Below, in pieces: positions 46,066-58,733 of a stretch of 64,000 bases of DNA (position 1 is the first letter of the stretch; every line of letters begins with the position of its first letter). The translations under genes and the position numbers were made by a program. Source of the stretch: Blepharisma stoltei ATCC 30299 (Eukaryota > Protista > Ciliophora); assembly GCA_965603825.1 (NCBI GenBank), contig CBFDEM010000035.1, positions 248,001 to 312,000 on the forward strand, in the 5' to 3' direction. The notes beneath the pieces were generated by a model. That model saw nothing but the letters and a program-made list of their open reading frames with translations. It had not been told where the DNA came from and did not search any database.

Positions 46066-48345
46066 TTACCCTTTTCTTGCTTTATTCTGAGAAGAAGGTG
46101 GCCTGGGCTCTGCACCTTCTTTTTTCCTGGTTGCAGTTCCAGGTCTTTTAGCAGCACTTCCAGGCCGCTTCGTACCTGAAGATCTTCTTTCGTCTTCAGC
46201 AGCAAAGGAGTAGCTTTCTATTGGGACAAATGAAGCATCATTTTCTATATCGTTAAGAATACTGGTGATAATGTTTCTAAGCTTATCTGAAACAATTCCA
46301 TTATAGTCTTCTGTTGTCCTTTCTGGCAGGTCTAGATCCAATGTAATGATATTTTCATGTCTGAAGCGAGTGTTTGCATCGCCTAAACCTCTCGCAATTC
46401 TAGCATATTCTGAAGTTGGCTGCTTAAGGCCAACGGCACTCTGAGGTCTTTTTGAGTTCACTTGTTTAGAAGAAGCCTTGAGAGGCTGCAGAACCCAATC
46501 ATCCTCAGCTTCGTCTCAGAGTGCTCGCTTCTCTATTTTTTCTGATTCTTCTCTGGGCACAAAATTTTCTATCAGAGTGCTTTTCAATTTCAGCTGCTGA
46601 GTTAAAACTCTAATGGTGTCCATCATATCTTCTTTTTCTCTTTGTATTTCTTGCTTCATATCTCTTAAATCAGTTGCAGTACTCTGGTACTTGGTCCACA
46701 ATTTTTTCAGTTTTTTATTTTTCGTATCTAATTCTTCTTGCAAAGAGTTAAACTTGTCGACTAATTGGAAATTGAGCTCTTCTTTTTCTTTCAGTTGTCT
46801 CTCAAGCAGCATTTCTTGTTTTCGCCTTTTTTCGACTTCTTGCTTGGCTTTTTGTAGTTCTTGCTCTTGAAATACAGCTTGCTCCATGATCTGAGTGCCC
46901 ACGCAGACTTTTTCTTCCATTTCTTTAAGCTTCTTTAACAGTCTTTGTTGCTTTTCTTTTGCTTTTCTTTTGTGCTCTCCTTTTTGTTTCAGAGCTTCAA
47001 TAAGTCTTGTTTTTTCGTCTTCTGCGAGATTCTTTTGTGCTTCGATTCTTTGGATTTCTGCTTGGGCGTTTTGTTCAATTTCTAATTTTTCACGCTCAAG
47101 TCTGGCTTCGACTTCTCTGATTTTTTCTTGGTCTTCAACGTATACGTGCTTTTCTACTTCAATAACTTCTTGGCGGCCTCTCATCTGCATGCCTGGGATG
47201 CCTATTTGTCCTCCGCCTCCTGCTCCATGGAGTTCTAAAGCAGCTTTCAATTTTGCGATTTCATCTTGGTACTCCCTGAGAAGGGCATCTTTAGGATCTT
47301 CATTGATTTTTGGCTTATTTTGAATGTTTTTGGCTCTGTTGGCATATCTCAAGGTGCTTATGGTTTCGTCATAGTTCCAATCAGCTGGACCAATGTTTGC
47401 AATCATAAGGGTTTTTGTGTTCCCTCCCAGTGAATCTTGCAGCAGTTTGGTAAGTTTTGAATCTCTGTATGGGATGTGGGAAGAAGCTCCATCAACAAGA
47501 GAAGAAATGACATTTCCCAAGGTGAGCAGGGATTTATTGATATTCGTCGCTTCTTTCAGTCTTTCTCCACTTGACTGAGTTTTGCTTTGTCTTTCGCTCC
47601 CAGCCAAATCAACTAAATTTAATTTTCCGACCCTATAATGTGTCACCCCATCTTTTCCAGTCTCACTTCTCTCTACCACAACGCTAAAAATAGAATGGGA
47701 CCTTGAAGAATCCTTATTCATTGCAGTTTGGCCTGTATGTCTATTCAGTCTTCCTGCGTTCATGACTTCTTTTATTTCATCAACACTTTTAACAGCGAAC
47801 AAGTTCAAATCTTTTACATAAAATCCAGTGTCAGGGTTTTCTTTGACATCAAGCTTAGCATTGTAATCTTTGGAAAGCAAGTCATGGATTTCTTCATTGT
47901 AGATTTCTAGAAAAGAAGCACGGATCAAAAACTCGTTAGAAGGGTTCTGGCCAACTGTATAGAAGATCTGGTCAAAAGAGCGTGGGATGATGCCTCGGAG
48001 CTCACTAGGCTCATCTTTTCCTTCCATAGTGAATGTCTTACCTGTGCCAGTCTGACCATAGGCAAAAATAGTGCCGTTGTAGCCTTCAATGACATTTTCC
48101 ACAATTGGGTAGCCAGTGTCAAGGTACACTTGTTCTTGAGCTGAATCAGAGCCATAGGTGCAATCATATGTAAAGACCTTGATGGGTTCTGATGCATCAG
48201 CTTTGGGGTTTCTAATTGTCATTTCCCCACGATTACTGTCAACTGTAACGATACATTGCCGCGCGTCTCTGATTTCGTCGCTTGACATAGGGCGGCATCT
48301 CACAGCGACCTTGACGCATTCGGTTTTCTTAGCAACTGGGATCAT
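46066..48345 (-). CDS. Kinesin-2 motor subunit (KIF3B/FLA8-like)
   Basis: YGQTGTGKT, SSRSH, LVDLAGSER, HIPYRDSKLT; tail RPQSA..RFRHENIITLDLDLPERTTEDY joined via TGA 46516. Confidence 0.93.
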
Positions 48346-48445
48346 TTTCTAAATATGAAATTAAATCTAGAGAGCATAATAATCTAATTTTAAATCACAA
48401 ATAAATTGGTTTATAGAAAATATCTTACATTTCTTATTACAGCTT

Positions 48446-50611
48446 ATGGATAAATCAGAATTTTCTTATGTTTCCGTTGCCCCAAAAACTCAAACAATTA
48501 GAGGGCCTAGAGAGTTATCCAAAAACCAATGGGAAGGATTAGCAATTGAAGGGACTGGAAAACCTCGAAAAGGCTTGTTTACAATTTCAAACACTTCTCC
48601 GTATATCGAATATATGGAATCGAGGTGAGAAAAACTGCTAGAAGAGCTTACTGACTCTACACAGTATAGAGTTCCAACTATAGATTTCCGAGACGTAAAG
48701 CCTCTCAGCCAAGAAGTTTATTATAAATTCTATAAAGCTGATATAAAAATAGTGAAAAAAGTGTTGGAAACTGCTGGATTAATCCAAACAATTTCACATG
48801 ACTGAAGTGTCCTTTGGTCATGTGGAGCTGCCAAGACTTTTCTCTACCAAAACTTAAACGAGTTCCAAAGAATCAACCATTTTCCGAATTCAACTGAAAT
48901 TACAAGAAAAGACAACTTATGTGCATCTATAGTGTCCATGCAAGAAAAATATGGGTACAAAGCATTTAATTTCGTCCCAGATACTTATGTACTTCCTGAT
49001 GAGTTCGCTGATTTCTATGCACATTTTCATAATGAAAAAAATGCGAAGTGAATAATAAAACCTCCAGCTTCATCGCAAGGCAGAGGAATATATTTAATTG
49101 ATTCAATAAATGAAGTACCAATTGATGAGCCTTGTATTATTTCGCAATATATTGAAAATCCGCTGCTAATAAATGATTTGAAATTTGATATGAGAATTTA
49201 TGTGCTGGTTACATGCTATGAGCCTTTGAGAATTTATGTATATGAAGAAGGATTGGCAAGGTTTGCAAGTGAGCCTTATTCGCTATCACAAAAGAAAAAC
49301 AGGTTTAGTCATCTGACTAATTATTCGTTAAATAAGAAAAATGATAAGTTTATACAAAATCAAGATGCTCAGTGTGACGATATAGGGCATAAATGGAGTC
49401 TATCAGCTCTTATGAGGCATTTAGAAACAGCTGGAATTGATGTGGGGTCAGTTTGGATCAAAATTTATGATTTAATCATAAAAACAGTAATTTCATCAGA
49501 ACAAGCTGTAACAGAAGAAGTGAAAAAGCTCAATTTGAACTCAAAAAACTGTTTTGATTTATTTGGATTTGATGTAATTCTAGATTCTAATCTAAAGCCG
49601 TGACTATTAGAAGTAAATTTATCTCCTTCGTTAGCTACTGACTCTCCTCTTGATACCCATATAAAATCAAATTTACTAATAGATGCTTTCAATTTAATGG
49701 GAATCCGACCATTTGATAAAAAAAAGGAATCTATTAATAAACTGCAGAACAGGCTAAAAATGCAAACAAAGTCAGATATTTCTAGCAGAACGGTGAGTCC
49801 TGGTAGAAAAGTTCCATTTATGCAGAGCACAAAATTTAAAGAAGTTGTAAGAGACACTCTTGAAGAATATAAACGCCGAGGGCATTTTATAAGAATTTAT
49901 CCATCTAAAGGGTCTGAATTCTATGATGGATATATGGAGCCTATTAAACTAGTCAACAGATATCTATATTCAATACTATACACTGAGTCCATGCCAAGAA
50001 AAACCCCCATTTATAATAGTGTCCAAACTCCTGAATTGGCGGTTACACCGAAACTCCCCAAAAGACATGAGCGCCAAGTCAGCTCAGAAAAGCCAAAATC
50101 AAACGAAAAAGTTCTACTAACTGGCGATGACGTGCTAATTGAGTACGTTTCTAGACTCTGCCACGCAGTAAAAGCTTTAAAAGAAGACAAACTAAAACCT
50201 CAATGAAAGCGCAGTATTGAGAAATTTATCACCCACCAAGTCTGGCATACGTCAGATATACGTCGTGGAAGTAACAACAGACTTTGACAAAGACTTGAAA
50301 GCAGACTAATCGAAATGAAAGAACGAAGACGAAGACTTGTAGGCACCCCAACGGACGAATTTGAAGAACAACGAAGACAAGTCCTAAGACAGTTCAGCGC
50401 TGCAGAACTGGAGTCAATGCTTAAGAGCTCATGTCGGAGCTCTGCAATTGAAATCATTTCAAGCTTATTTGACCTTGAAGGCCGCGGAATTTTAAGCGAT
50501 GTCATAAAGTGGCTGGCAACAGTTACAGAAAAAGATAGAGTTCTAATTCCACTGGAAGAACAGATGAACCAAGAGACGACTATTTATGATTCTATAGATG
50601 ATACTTTGTAA
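48446..50611 (+). CDS. TTLL tubulin polyglutamylase (TTLL4/5-like)
   Basis: QRINHFP, ITRKD, K-W-IIKPPASSQGRG, KFDMRIYVLVT, EGLARFA, HLTNYSLNK, FGFD, KP-W-LLEVNLSPS; six in-frame TGAs. Confidence 0.92.
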
Positions 50612-50629
50612 TATATTTCTTATAATTAA

Positions 50630-51091
50630 ATGTCGCAAAGTTTAACTCAACTTAAATCAATTTACCTTAAAAACAACTTAGTGAGCCACAGAGTCAAAAA
50701 AAATAAACATTTGAAAAGTCTGTCTCAGGTTCCAGGAAAGAGTTTGGGGAAACTGAATAAACCAGAAAAGAAACAAGAAAATTGCGATGTGCCGACTGTT
50801 AAACATATTCAAAATGACCATGAAAAGCTTTCAATTAAGATTAAGTGTGATGAAGACTTTATCAGGCTTGAAAATTTGGGAGCCAGAAGCACATTGGCAC
50901 GCACTGGACTCTTAGCTTTGCAACAAAGAATAATCGAGCTGGAGTATGCAAAAGCAATTAAAACCCCGAGGAGTATTGGGATTGATGAAAAAAACTGGAG
51001 AATTGTAGAAGAAGACAGAATTGACAGGCTGTATGATAAGTACCATCATTCTCCTGGCAATGCAAGCCCCATAAAAAGCATGATTTTTTAA
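50630..51091 (+). CDS. Hypothetical basic protein
   Basis: 153-aa ORF starting 18 bp after the TTLL stop. Confidence 0.65.
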   Translation: MSQSLTQLKSIYLKNNLVSHRVKKNKHLKSLSQVPGKSLGKLNKPEKKQENCDVPTVKHIQNDHEKLSIKIKCDEDFIRLENLGARSTLARTGLLALQQRIIELEYAKAIKTPRSIGIDEKNWRIVEEDRIDRLYDKYHHSPGNASPIKSMIF

Positions 51092-51287
51092 ATTTGAAAC
51101 AAACATTCTCATTATGCAATTAATCGGCCATCAAAAATGGCAGAACATGGAAAGTTTAATAATTGATTTATATAAACAAATAAAAAATTAAAATATTATA
51201 TCTTGTGATTCATTTTTAGAAAATTCAATCTAATTAATAAATATCGTGCAGAATTAAAGGTTTATAAGCATATACAATTTAGCGGTT

Positions 51288-52796
51288 TTAAATTTTTATA
51301 GCTTCAGATATTCAAGGGTGCTTTAGAGCTTTACTCGGGGTGAGTCGACTGTCTGGATCATACCGAAGACATTCTAATTATTTCTTACCTTCTAAAAAAT
51401 CTAAAAATCGTAAGTCAGTTGTTTTTATTTTATCAATCAATAAAACACTCCCAGGAGTTCTAGGCTTATTATATGATTTTTGGTAGAGAATAGGCTCGCC
51501 AAATAGATTGAAATATGAATCTTTCATTGATGATTGAGAAACTAAAGAATCAGGAGGCACGCCTAATAGCTCCATTATGCAGGAGAGCTGATCATGATCA
51601 TTTTCACCTGGAAATAGTGGGACCCCAGCAAAGCATTCAGCCAAAATGCATCCAAGAGATCACATATCTATAGGATAGGAATGCAAACATCCTAATATGA
51701 CTTCTGGCGCACGATAATATTTCACTTGCTTTATATTATATTTTTTATCAGAAGTAAAACATGATGATCCGAAATCTATGAGCTTTATTTCTGATTTTGA
51801 GTACATTTTCAGCAAAATATTTTTTGGATTTAAGTCACAGTGGATAATTCCGCATTTTCTCAGCAATTTCAATGCTCTTATTATCTGTTTTGCTATTCTT
51901 TTAATAATTCCCAATGGTAATCCCATAGTTTTGCTGGACTTTATCATAGTATATAAGCTTATATCCAGTATTTCCATGACCATACATATGTGTTTTCTAA
52001 ATAAGAAAAATTCATGCATCCTAACAATGTTCCACTCATCATTTTCGTCTTCGTCTTTTATAGCGTGAAGAATCTTAGCTTCTGCTACACCTTGCTTATA
52101 AATTTTCGGCTTACTTTTAACTACTTTTATTGCCACAATTTCTTTAGTCTTGTGGTCAAAACATTTACAAACTTGGCTGCAATTTCCTGCACCTATGATT
52201 TCTAATATCTCATATCTGTAGTTTAGATGATCTCCAGTTATTAAAATATAATTGGAATTTTCGTCATCAAATCCGTAGTTTTTTTCTGTTTTATTTGAAA
52301 ATATTTTTGACGCATTTATACCCAAGAAATAGACTTTGGGGTATTCTAAAATTTCTCCATGCTCATAAGGAGTCAAAGAGTTCATGTAGCGCTTCAAAGC
52401 TTGAGAAGATGCAATCGGAAACTTTAAATCTTCGCTAACTGGTTGGAAATCTTCAGGCCTTAAAATTGATGTTTTTCTTGATGCTTTAGAGATGTTAAGT
52501 TTATCTGGTGTATGATTAGGAGAGCTAGCTAAAGATTTATTGGTAGCATTGTTATATCTGGGTGATATATTTGATCTGTGGCTATTGTGTATATACGGAA
52601 GTGAAATGTCGTCTTTTCGTTTTCGTGACGAGTCTAAGATTGTAAACTTCTTGTCTGCTGCAATGGATAAAGCGTATTTGTGGAGTCTTGCTTTATTTGG
52701 GTCTTTCTCTATTAATAAGCTTAAGTTTCTTGAATTTCTCGGAGTAATAAAGGTATAAATTTTTACATTATCATTTCTTTGAGATGTGGACTTCAT
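51288..52796 (-). CDS. DYRK2/4-like kinase with degenerate motifs; one intron
   Basis: YEHGEILEY, GFDDENSNY..DHLNYRYE, HCDL, DFGSSC, YRAPEV, PIDM-W-SLG, ALKHP-W. Confidence 0.88.
51374..51388 (-). other. 15-nt intron
   Basis: gtaagaaataattag; removal restores FLEECLRYDPDSRLTPSKALKHPW. Confidence 0.9.
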
Positions 52797-53105
52797 ATGT
52801 AATTTACATATTATCGATGCTTCAATAATGAATTAAAGTAATGACAACTTTGAAAATTTTCTTAAAAAATGTTTATCATATTTCATTATCTTGAGAATTT
52901 ATGATGAATAATAACTGTGATAGCAAAATAGTAGTTATCACATTAAATGATTTATTAATCTATTTTAATAATTGACTGAGATAAAATTGGCATTAAAAGT
53001 TTTCTATTTAATTGAAATTACATTAAAGTTGCTAACAGCTAACATGCTAGTTTCTTTTATGATAAATAACTTGGCTAATTCACCTTAATTAAAAACTCAA
53101 GAGAA

Positions 53106-53627
53106 TTATCCTAATATAATATAATCCATAAGAAGAGCTATCATCATTCCTATAAAAGCTCCAACTAAACCATCTGTTGGATAATGACACATATAATAGA
53201 CTCTAGAAAACATCGTTCCAATTGTCATCAAAATTCCAATTCACCAAGGCATTCAAGTGTGTTTACAAAAAAAAGTTCAAAACGCTGCGGCCTGAGCAGA
53301 ATCACAAGATGGCATTGAATAATTTGAGTCCTTTTTTCTGAACTCGAACATCAAAGCTTCAATTCGTGGCTGATAAAGCGTCGGTCTCTCTCTGCATATT
53401 TTCTCTTTAAGGTAGCAAGTTGCTTTCGAGATGAGTATTGGAAGCAAGCAGCATATTACACTTGTTCCATACGAAATTGGCACACTCACAAAGGCTATAA
53501 TCCAAACATAAGTAAGTATCTCATTGTTAAACGAGGCTGCAAAAACTGCCATCAAATACTCGAAAGGTCCTCACGTCCTAATAGATTTAAGTAAAAATTT
53601 GAACATACGTTCATCAATTATATTCAT
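53106..53627 (-). CDS. PAP2-family membrane phosphatase
   Basis: C1 KEKICRERP, C2 variant SMPSCDS, C3 SRVYYMCHYPTD; four in-frame TGAs. Confidence 0.85.
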
Positions 53628-53655
53628 AATACTTATTATATTAATTTACATCGTT

Positions 53656-54555
53656 TCATTTATTCTCATCTCCAAGATATTTTTCTGGGTCGATTTCGAG
53701 TTTTTCTAATATTTTATAAAAATATTCTTCAAATTCACTAGCGTCACAATTTAAGTTAAACCGAAGCTTTCGATAAGCCTCAAATTCATACTCAAATATA
53801 TCGCTTGGCTTTAAGTTATTTTTTTTATCTAAATCGCACATAGCACGAACTAATACTTGAAGTCTGAGCTTGGAAAGATTGAGGTGAATTTCTTCGTTAA
53901 ATTTGTAGGCTAAAACAACACAAGTGTATGCGACGAGTTTCCTATTTTGTCGGGTCACTACTCCAACGCAAAGCAGACGGTGAAAATAACGGAAAGCCAT
54001 TGCAAGTGTTCATACATCAATGTCCAGATCTTTGCAAAGCACTTGAATCAGGTTGTACTGCAAGTTCACGATTTTGCTTAAAGTTAGACCTGCGCCGAGT
54101 TGGGGATTTTTTATCTGAAATTCATAATTCAGCGCATCGGTCATTTGTGATGGCGGCATACACATGGGTGCATCAGACAAATCGACAGATGGATACTTAT
54201 CGGGAGAATAGTCATTTAAAAATTTTCTGTATGATTTTCTTTGGATTCTTAATTTTGCCCTATTCCTATTGAGCTCATTTTGCTGAACCAGTTCTTGACC
54301 TGTTCTTATATTGGAAAGAAAATCAAGTGCCTTTTTCAAAAATAATTTTTCCTCAGCTGTTTGAGCAACTCTTATTTTATCTTTATAAGAAAGTCTTCTA
54401 CTTTTGTGAGCAGAATCATCATTTGACTGGTAAGACTCCAAATCAGGTGAATGCTCTGTTTCGCTGGTTTTAATATCAGCATGTCAAAGCTTTTTGAACA
54501 AGTCTTGATTTAGGTCAAGTATGCCGTGTCTTCGAGTTCTTTGGACTTGCTGCAT
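53656..54555 (-). CDS. CABLES-like cyclin-fold protein
   Basis: LTLSKI...TLAMAFRYFHRL...QNRKLVAYTCVVLAYKF...EFEAYRKLRFNL matches the CABLES C-terminal cyclin box; two TGAs. Confidence 0.85.
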
Positions 54556-54773
54556 TTTGTTTATATTATTACAATAGCTGAAAGACCAATTTTACTTATC
54601 CAAAATAGATTCATATTAAATCCATCAGAAGTACCGAAAATTTGAACTAAACAATTGAAATTTTGTAATTAATTATAAATATAAGAAGGCTTATATAAAA
54701 GATTTGAATATTGCGCATAAAGAAATAATAGTAAAAAACTTATATTAATCAATTATGGTTTTATATCAATATT

Positions 54774-57488
54774 ATGGGTGATTATTCAAAACTTGCTGAA
54801 AATCATGAACCTGAAATACAAGCACTCGCCTTATCACCCGAAACACAAGCTGAACTTAATACAGGCTCTGATGGTCTTTCTTCTGAAGAAGTTATTCTTC
54901 GCTTTCAACGAGATGGCCCAAATCTCCTTCCAGAGAAGCGTGAAAAATCTTGTCTATGATACCTCGGCTACCTGTGGGGTCCCATTCCATTAATGATATG
55001 AGCTGCAATTACATTTGAAATTCTAAGAGACGCATGGGTGAGCTTTTTTGTCCTTTTAATACTTCAGTTTATTAATGGAATTATGAAATGATATCAAGAT
55101 CGAGGATCAAGAACTTCTATAAAGAAGCTCAAAACCAGCCTCCTCCCCCAAACCTATGTGAAACGAGAAGGGAGATGTGAACAAGTCGCATCAAAAGATC
55201 TCGTGATTGGAGACCGCATTAAAATTAAAATTGGAGACATTGCCCCAGCTGACTTAGTTTTGTGCGAAGGCAGCTGCGAGTTTGATTTGTCCTCGATTTC
55301 TGGAGAGAGTTTTCCAGTGAAAAAAGGAGAAGGACAAGTGGTGTATCAAGGCTCTATTTGTAAGAAAGGAGAAATGGAAGCGATCGTGCTGGCTACTGGA
55401 ATTAGGACGTTTTTGTATAAGTCAAAACAGAAATTTACAGTCAAAAGTGAGAAAACATCGTTTGAAAAAGCAAATTTTTGAATTTCAGTGTCTTTGCTAA
55501 TCGTCTCAACAATGCTGGTAGGAGTTATTTTGGCTGTCGTACTTGTGAGAGGAAATGATATTTTGGAATCCTTGTCTATTTGCACAGTTCTTTTGGTTGC
55601 TTCAATTCCCATCGCTATGCAGTTGGTATGCACAACTGTTTTGGCTGTTGGAGCCAATACTATGGCATCTAAAAAAACAATAGTAGCAAGATTGAATTCA
55701 ATAGAAAAGCTAGCAGGGATGAATTTGCTTTGCGTAAAAAAAACTGGGATGCTTACCAGAAATGATTTGACTGCTCAACAGCCTGTATTATTAAGAAGAT
55801 ATACAATAGAAGATATATTCTTATCAGCCGGCCTTGCCTCAAAAAGAACTCCAGGTTCCCAAGACCCTATTGATAAATGCATAACTGAGTATGCGACTCA
55901 AAAATGCAGAATTAATTTTCAAGCTTATGATGAGTTAGAATTCATACCCTTTGACTCGAAAAAGAAAAGATGTGAAGTTTTAGTCCAAAACACCCGCACT
56001 GGAGACAGATTCAAGTGCACTAAAGGCTCTCCACAAATTATCCTAGCAATGGCCCAAGATCCGGAGATAGAAAATGAAGTCACTAAACAAGTAGAAGAAC
56101 TCTCTGTAAGAGGATATAGGGCTATTGGCGTTGCAAGGACAAATAAAGATGGGAAATGGTCCATGATCGGACTAATTCCTTTATATGACCCACCAAGAGA
56201 AGATGCAAAAGATTCTATTGAAAAAGCATTTCAAATGCAAATTGGTATTAAATTGGTAACTGGCGACCAAATGGCTATATCAAAAGAAACTGCCAAGTTA
56301 TTAAATTTAGGAGACAAAATATATCATGGAGAAATTGTCTGCTTTGACACAACTGAAGAGCAAAAGGAAAATCTTGATAGTGTGCTGGATCATGCAGATG
56401 GATTTGCTGAGGTATTTCCAGAGCATAAATACATTATTGTGAAGCTTTTACAAGAAAAAGGATACAAAGTAGGAGTCATGGGCTCAAATGTAAATGATGT
56501 AGCTGCTCTTAAAAAAGCTGATGTAGGGATTGCTGTTTATGGAGCTCTTGATGCTGCGAAATCTGCGTCTGATATTATTTTAACCTATCCAGGACTTTCT
56601 GTAATAATGGCAGCCGTTCATGAAGCTAGAAAAACGTTCCAAAGACTGAATAATTATTATACCTACAGGATAGCTTGCACTTTGCAGCTTTTGCTTTTTT
56701 TTGCTACAACAATGATATTAATTAATCCTAGCAAAAAGCACTGCAACCAGGGAGATTGTGACAAAGTGCCGAATACCTTTGCATTGCCAGTGATATCTCT
56801 TGTAATAATCACAGTTTTAAATGATGGAACTATAATCTCTATTGCTTATGATAATGTAGCAGCCAACACAAAGCCTTATAAACTGAGTTTGTCAATGATA
56901 CTGTGGAATTCGCTTATTTTAGGAATCATTCCGTATGTATCTTCTGTTGCTTTATTATTAATGGCAATTGGGCATATGGATACTAATCATCCAAATAGAA
57001 TCCTCAAATTCTTTGGGATTGGGGCTTTGAATTATGGGGAGATTTTAACTATGATGTATCTTAAAGTATCGCTTTCAGATTATCTCACAGTGTTTGCTGC
57101 AAGGACTTCTGATTGGTTCTGGTCAAGCAAGCCTACAAAACTATTAATGTTTTCAGCTGCAGTAGCCATTTTGATAGCTACATTATTATCTGTTTATTGG
57201 TTCTTGCACTACTTTGAATGGACAGATGAGAAGAGTGATTTTCCAAGCATGAAGCCTATTGGATGGGGCACTGCAGGATTTGTATGGGGTTACAATATTG
57301 TTTTCTTCATATTCCAAGATTTGATCAAAGTATTTATTCATAAACAGCAGCAAGTGAGATCTCAGAATGAAAATTATTACCTTTCCAGTGGAGTCGTTGA
57401 TGAAAACTTTTTAGTATTCACTGGAAGTGTTCAAAGCAAAAATTCAATTGTAACAAAAAGATCAATGATCGCAGCAAATGAAGACTAA
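54774..57488 (+). CDS. P3A plasma-membrane H+-ATPase homologue lacking the catalytic Asp
   Basis: GLSSEEV..R..DGPN.LPEK, ASIPIAM, RLNSIEKLAGM, DPID, DPPR, VTGD, ADGFAEVFPEHKY, YRIA, LNDGTIISIAYD; phosphorylation motif reads CVKKTGM; four TGAs. Confidence 0.92.
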
Positions 57489-57773
57489 TATATGATAATG
57501 CAACAAAAACTAATAATTCATGTTTAATCAGCAAAAAGATATGATTTTATAAATATTAAGTAAATGGATTATTGCCTAGAGCATGCATAAATTTTTCTAA
57601 AATAAAATAATTTTAAATATCATATATGAATTTACATTCTAAATATTCATTTCTATCTGAAAAATCCTAATAAATATAGGAATTTTAGCATAGAAGCTCA
57701 GAGTTTTTCCTCTATGCATAAATAAATAATTAGCTATTATTCAAAATAATACAAAAAGCAATCTAAAAATTAG

Positions 57774-58220
<447 letters not shown>

Positions 58221-58293
58221 GTATTTTAATAATAACAGTCCACCCAATAAATTGAAAATCCCATAAAGACATGATTCTCATTTCTTATAAAAA

Positions 58294-58662
58294 ATGTCAG
58301 AATCTATAATGTTTAATTATAAAGCTCAGAACCCCCTTGAAAAGCGAAAAGCTGAATGTGAGAGTATTATGAAGAGCTGGCCTGATAGGATCCCCATAAT
58401 TCTTGAAAAAGACCCCAGATCTCAGCTTGAAAGTATTCAAAAATTCAAATTTCTTTGTCCGTATGACTATACTGTCCAAAAGTTTTTGACTTCAATAAGA
58501 CTTAAAGTGAACCTTCCCAAAGATGTAGCTTTATTTTTATTTGTCAACGGGATTGATCTAATGACAGGTGACTCCACAATGAAAGAAATTTATGAACGAA
58601 AAAAAGACGAAGATGGGTTTATCTATCTAAACTATTCCGATCACCCTGTTCTGGGAGGATAA
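58294..58662 (+). CDS. ATG8: ATG8-family ubiquitin-like protein
   Basis: WPDRIPIILEK, KFKFLCP, ALFLFVN, IYERKKDEDGFIYLNYS, terminal LGG. Confidence 0.92.
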   Translation: MSESIMFNYKAQNPLEKRKAECESIMKSWPDRIPIILEKDPRSQLESIQKFKFLCPYDYTVQKFLTSIRLKVNLPKDVALFLFVNGIDLMTGDSTMKEIYERKKDEDGFIYLNYSDHPVLGG

Positions 58663-58733
58663 TGAAATAAAAGCTTAGTTTTAATTTCATATATTTTTAA
58701 ATAGAAATGGGCGCAAATCAGAATTAATGCATA

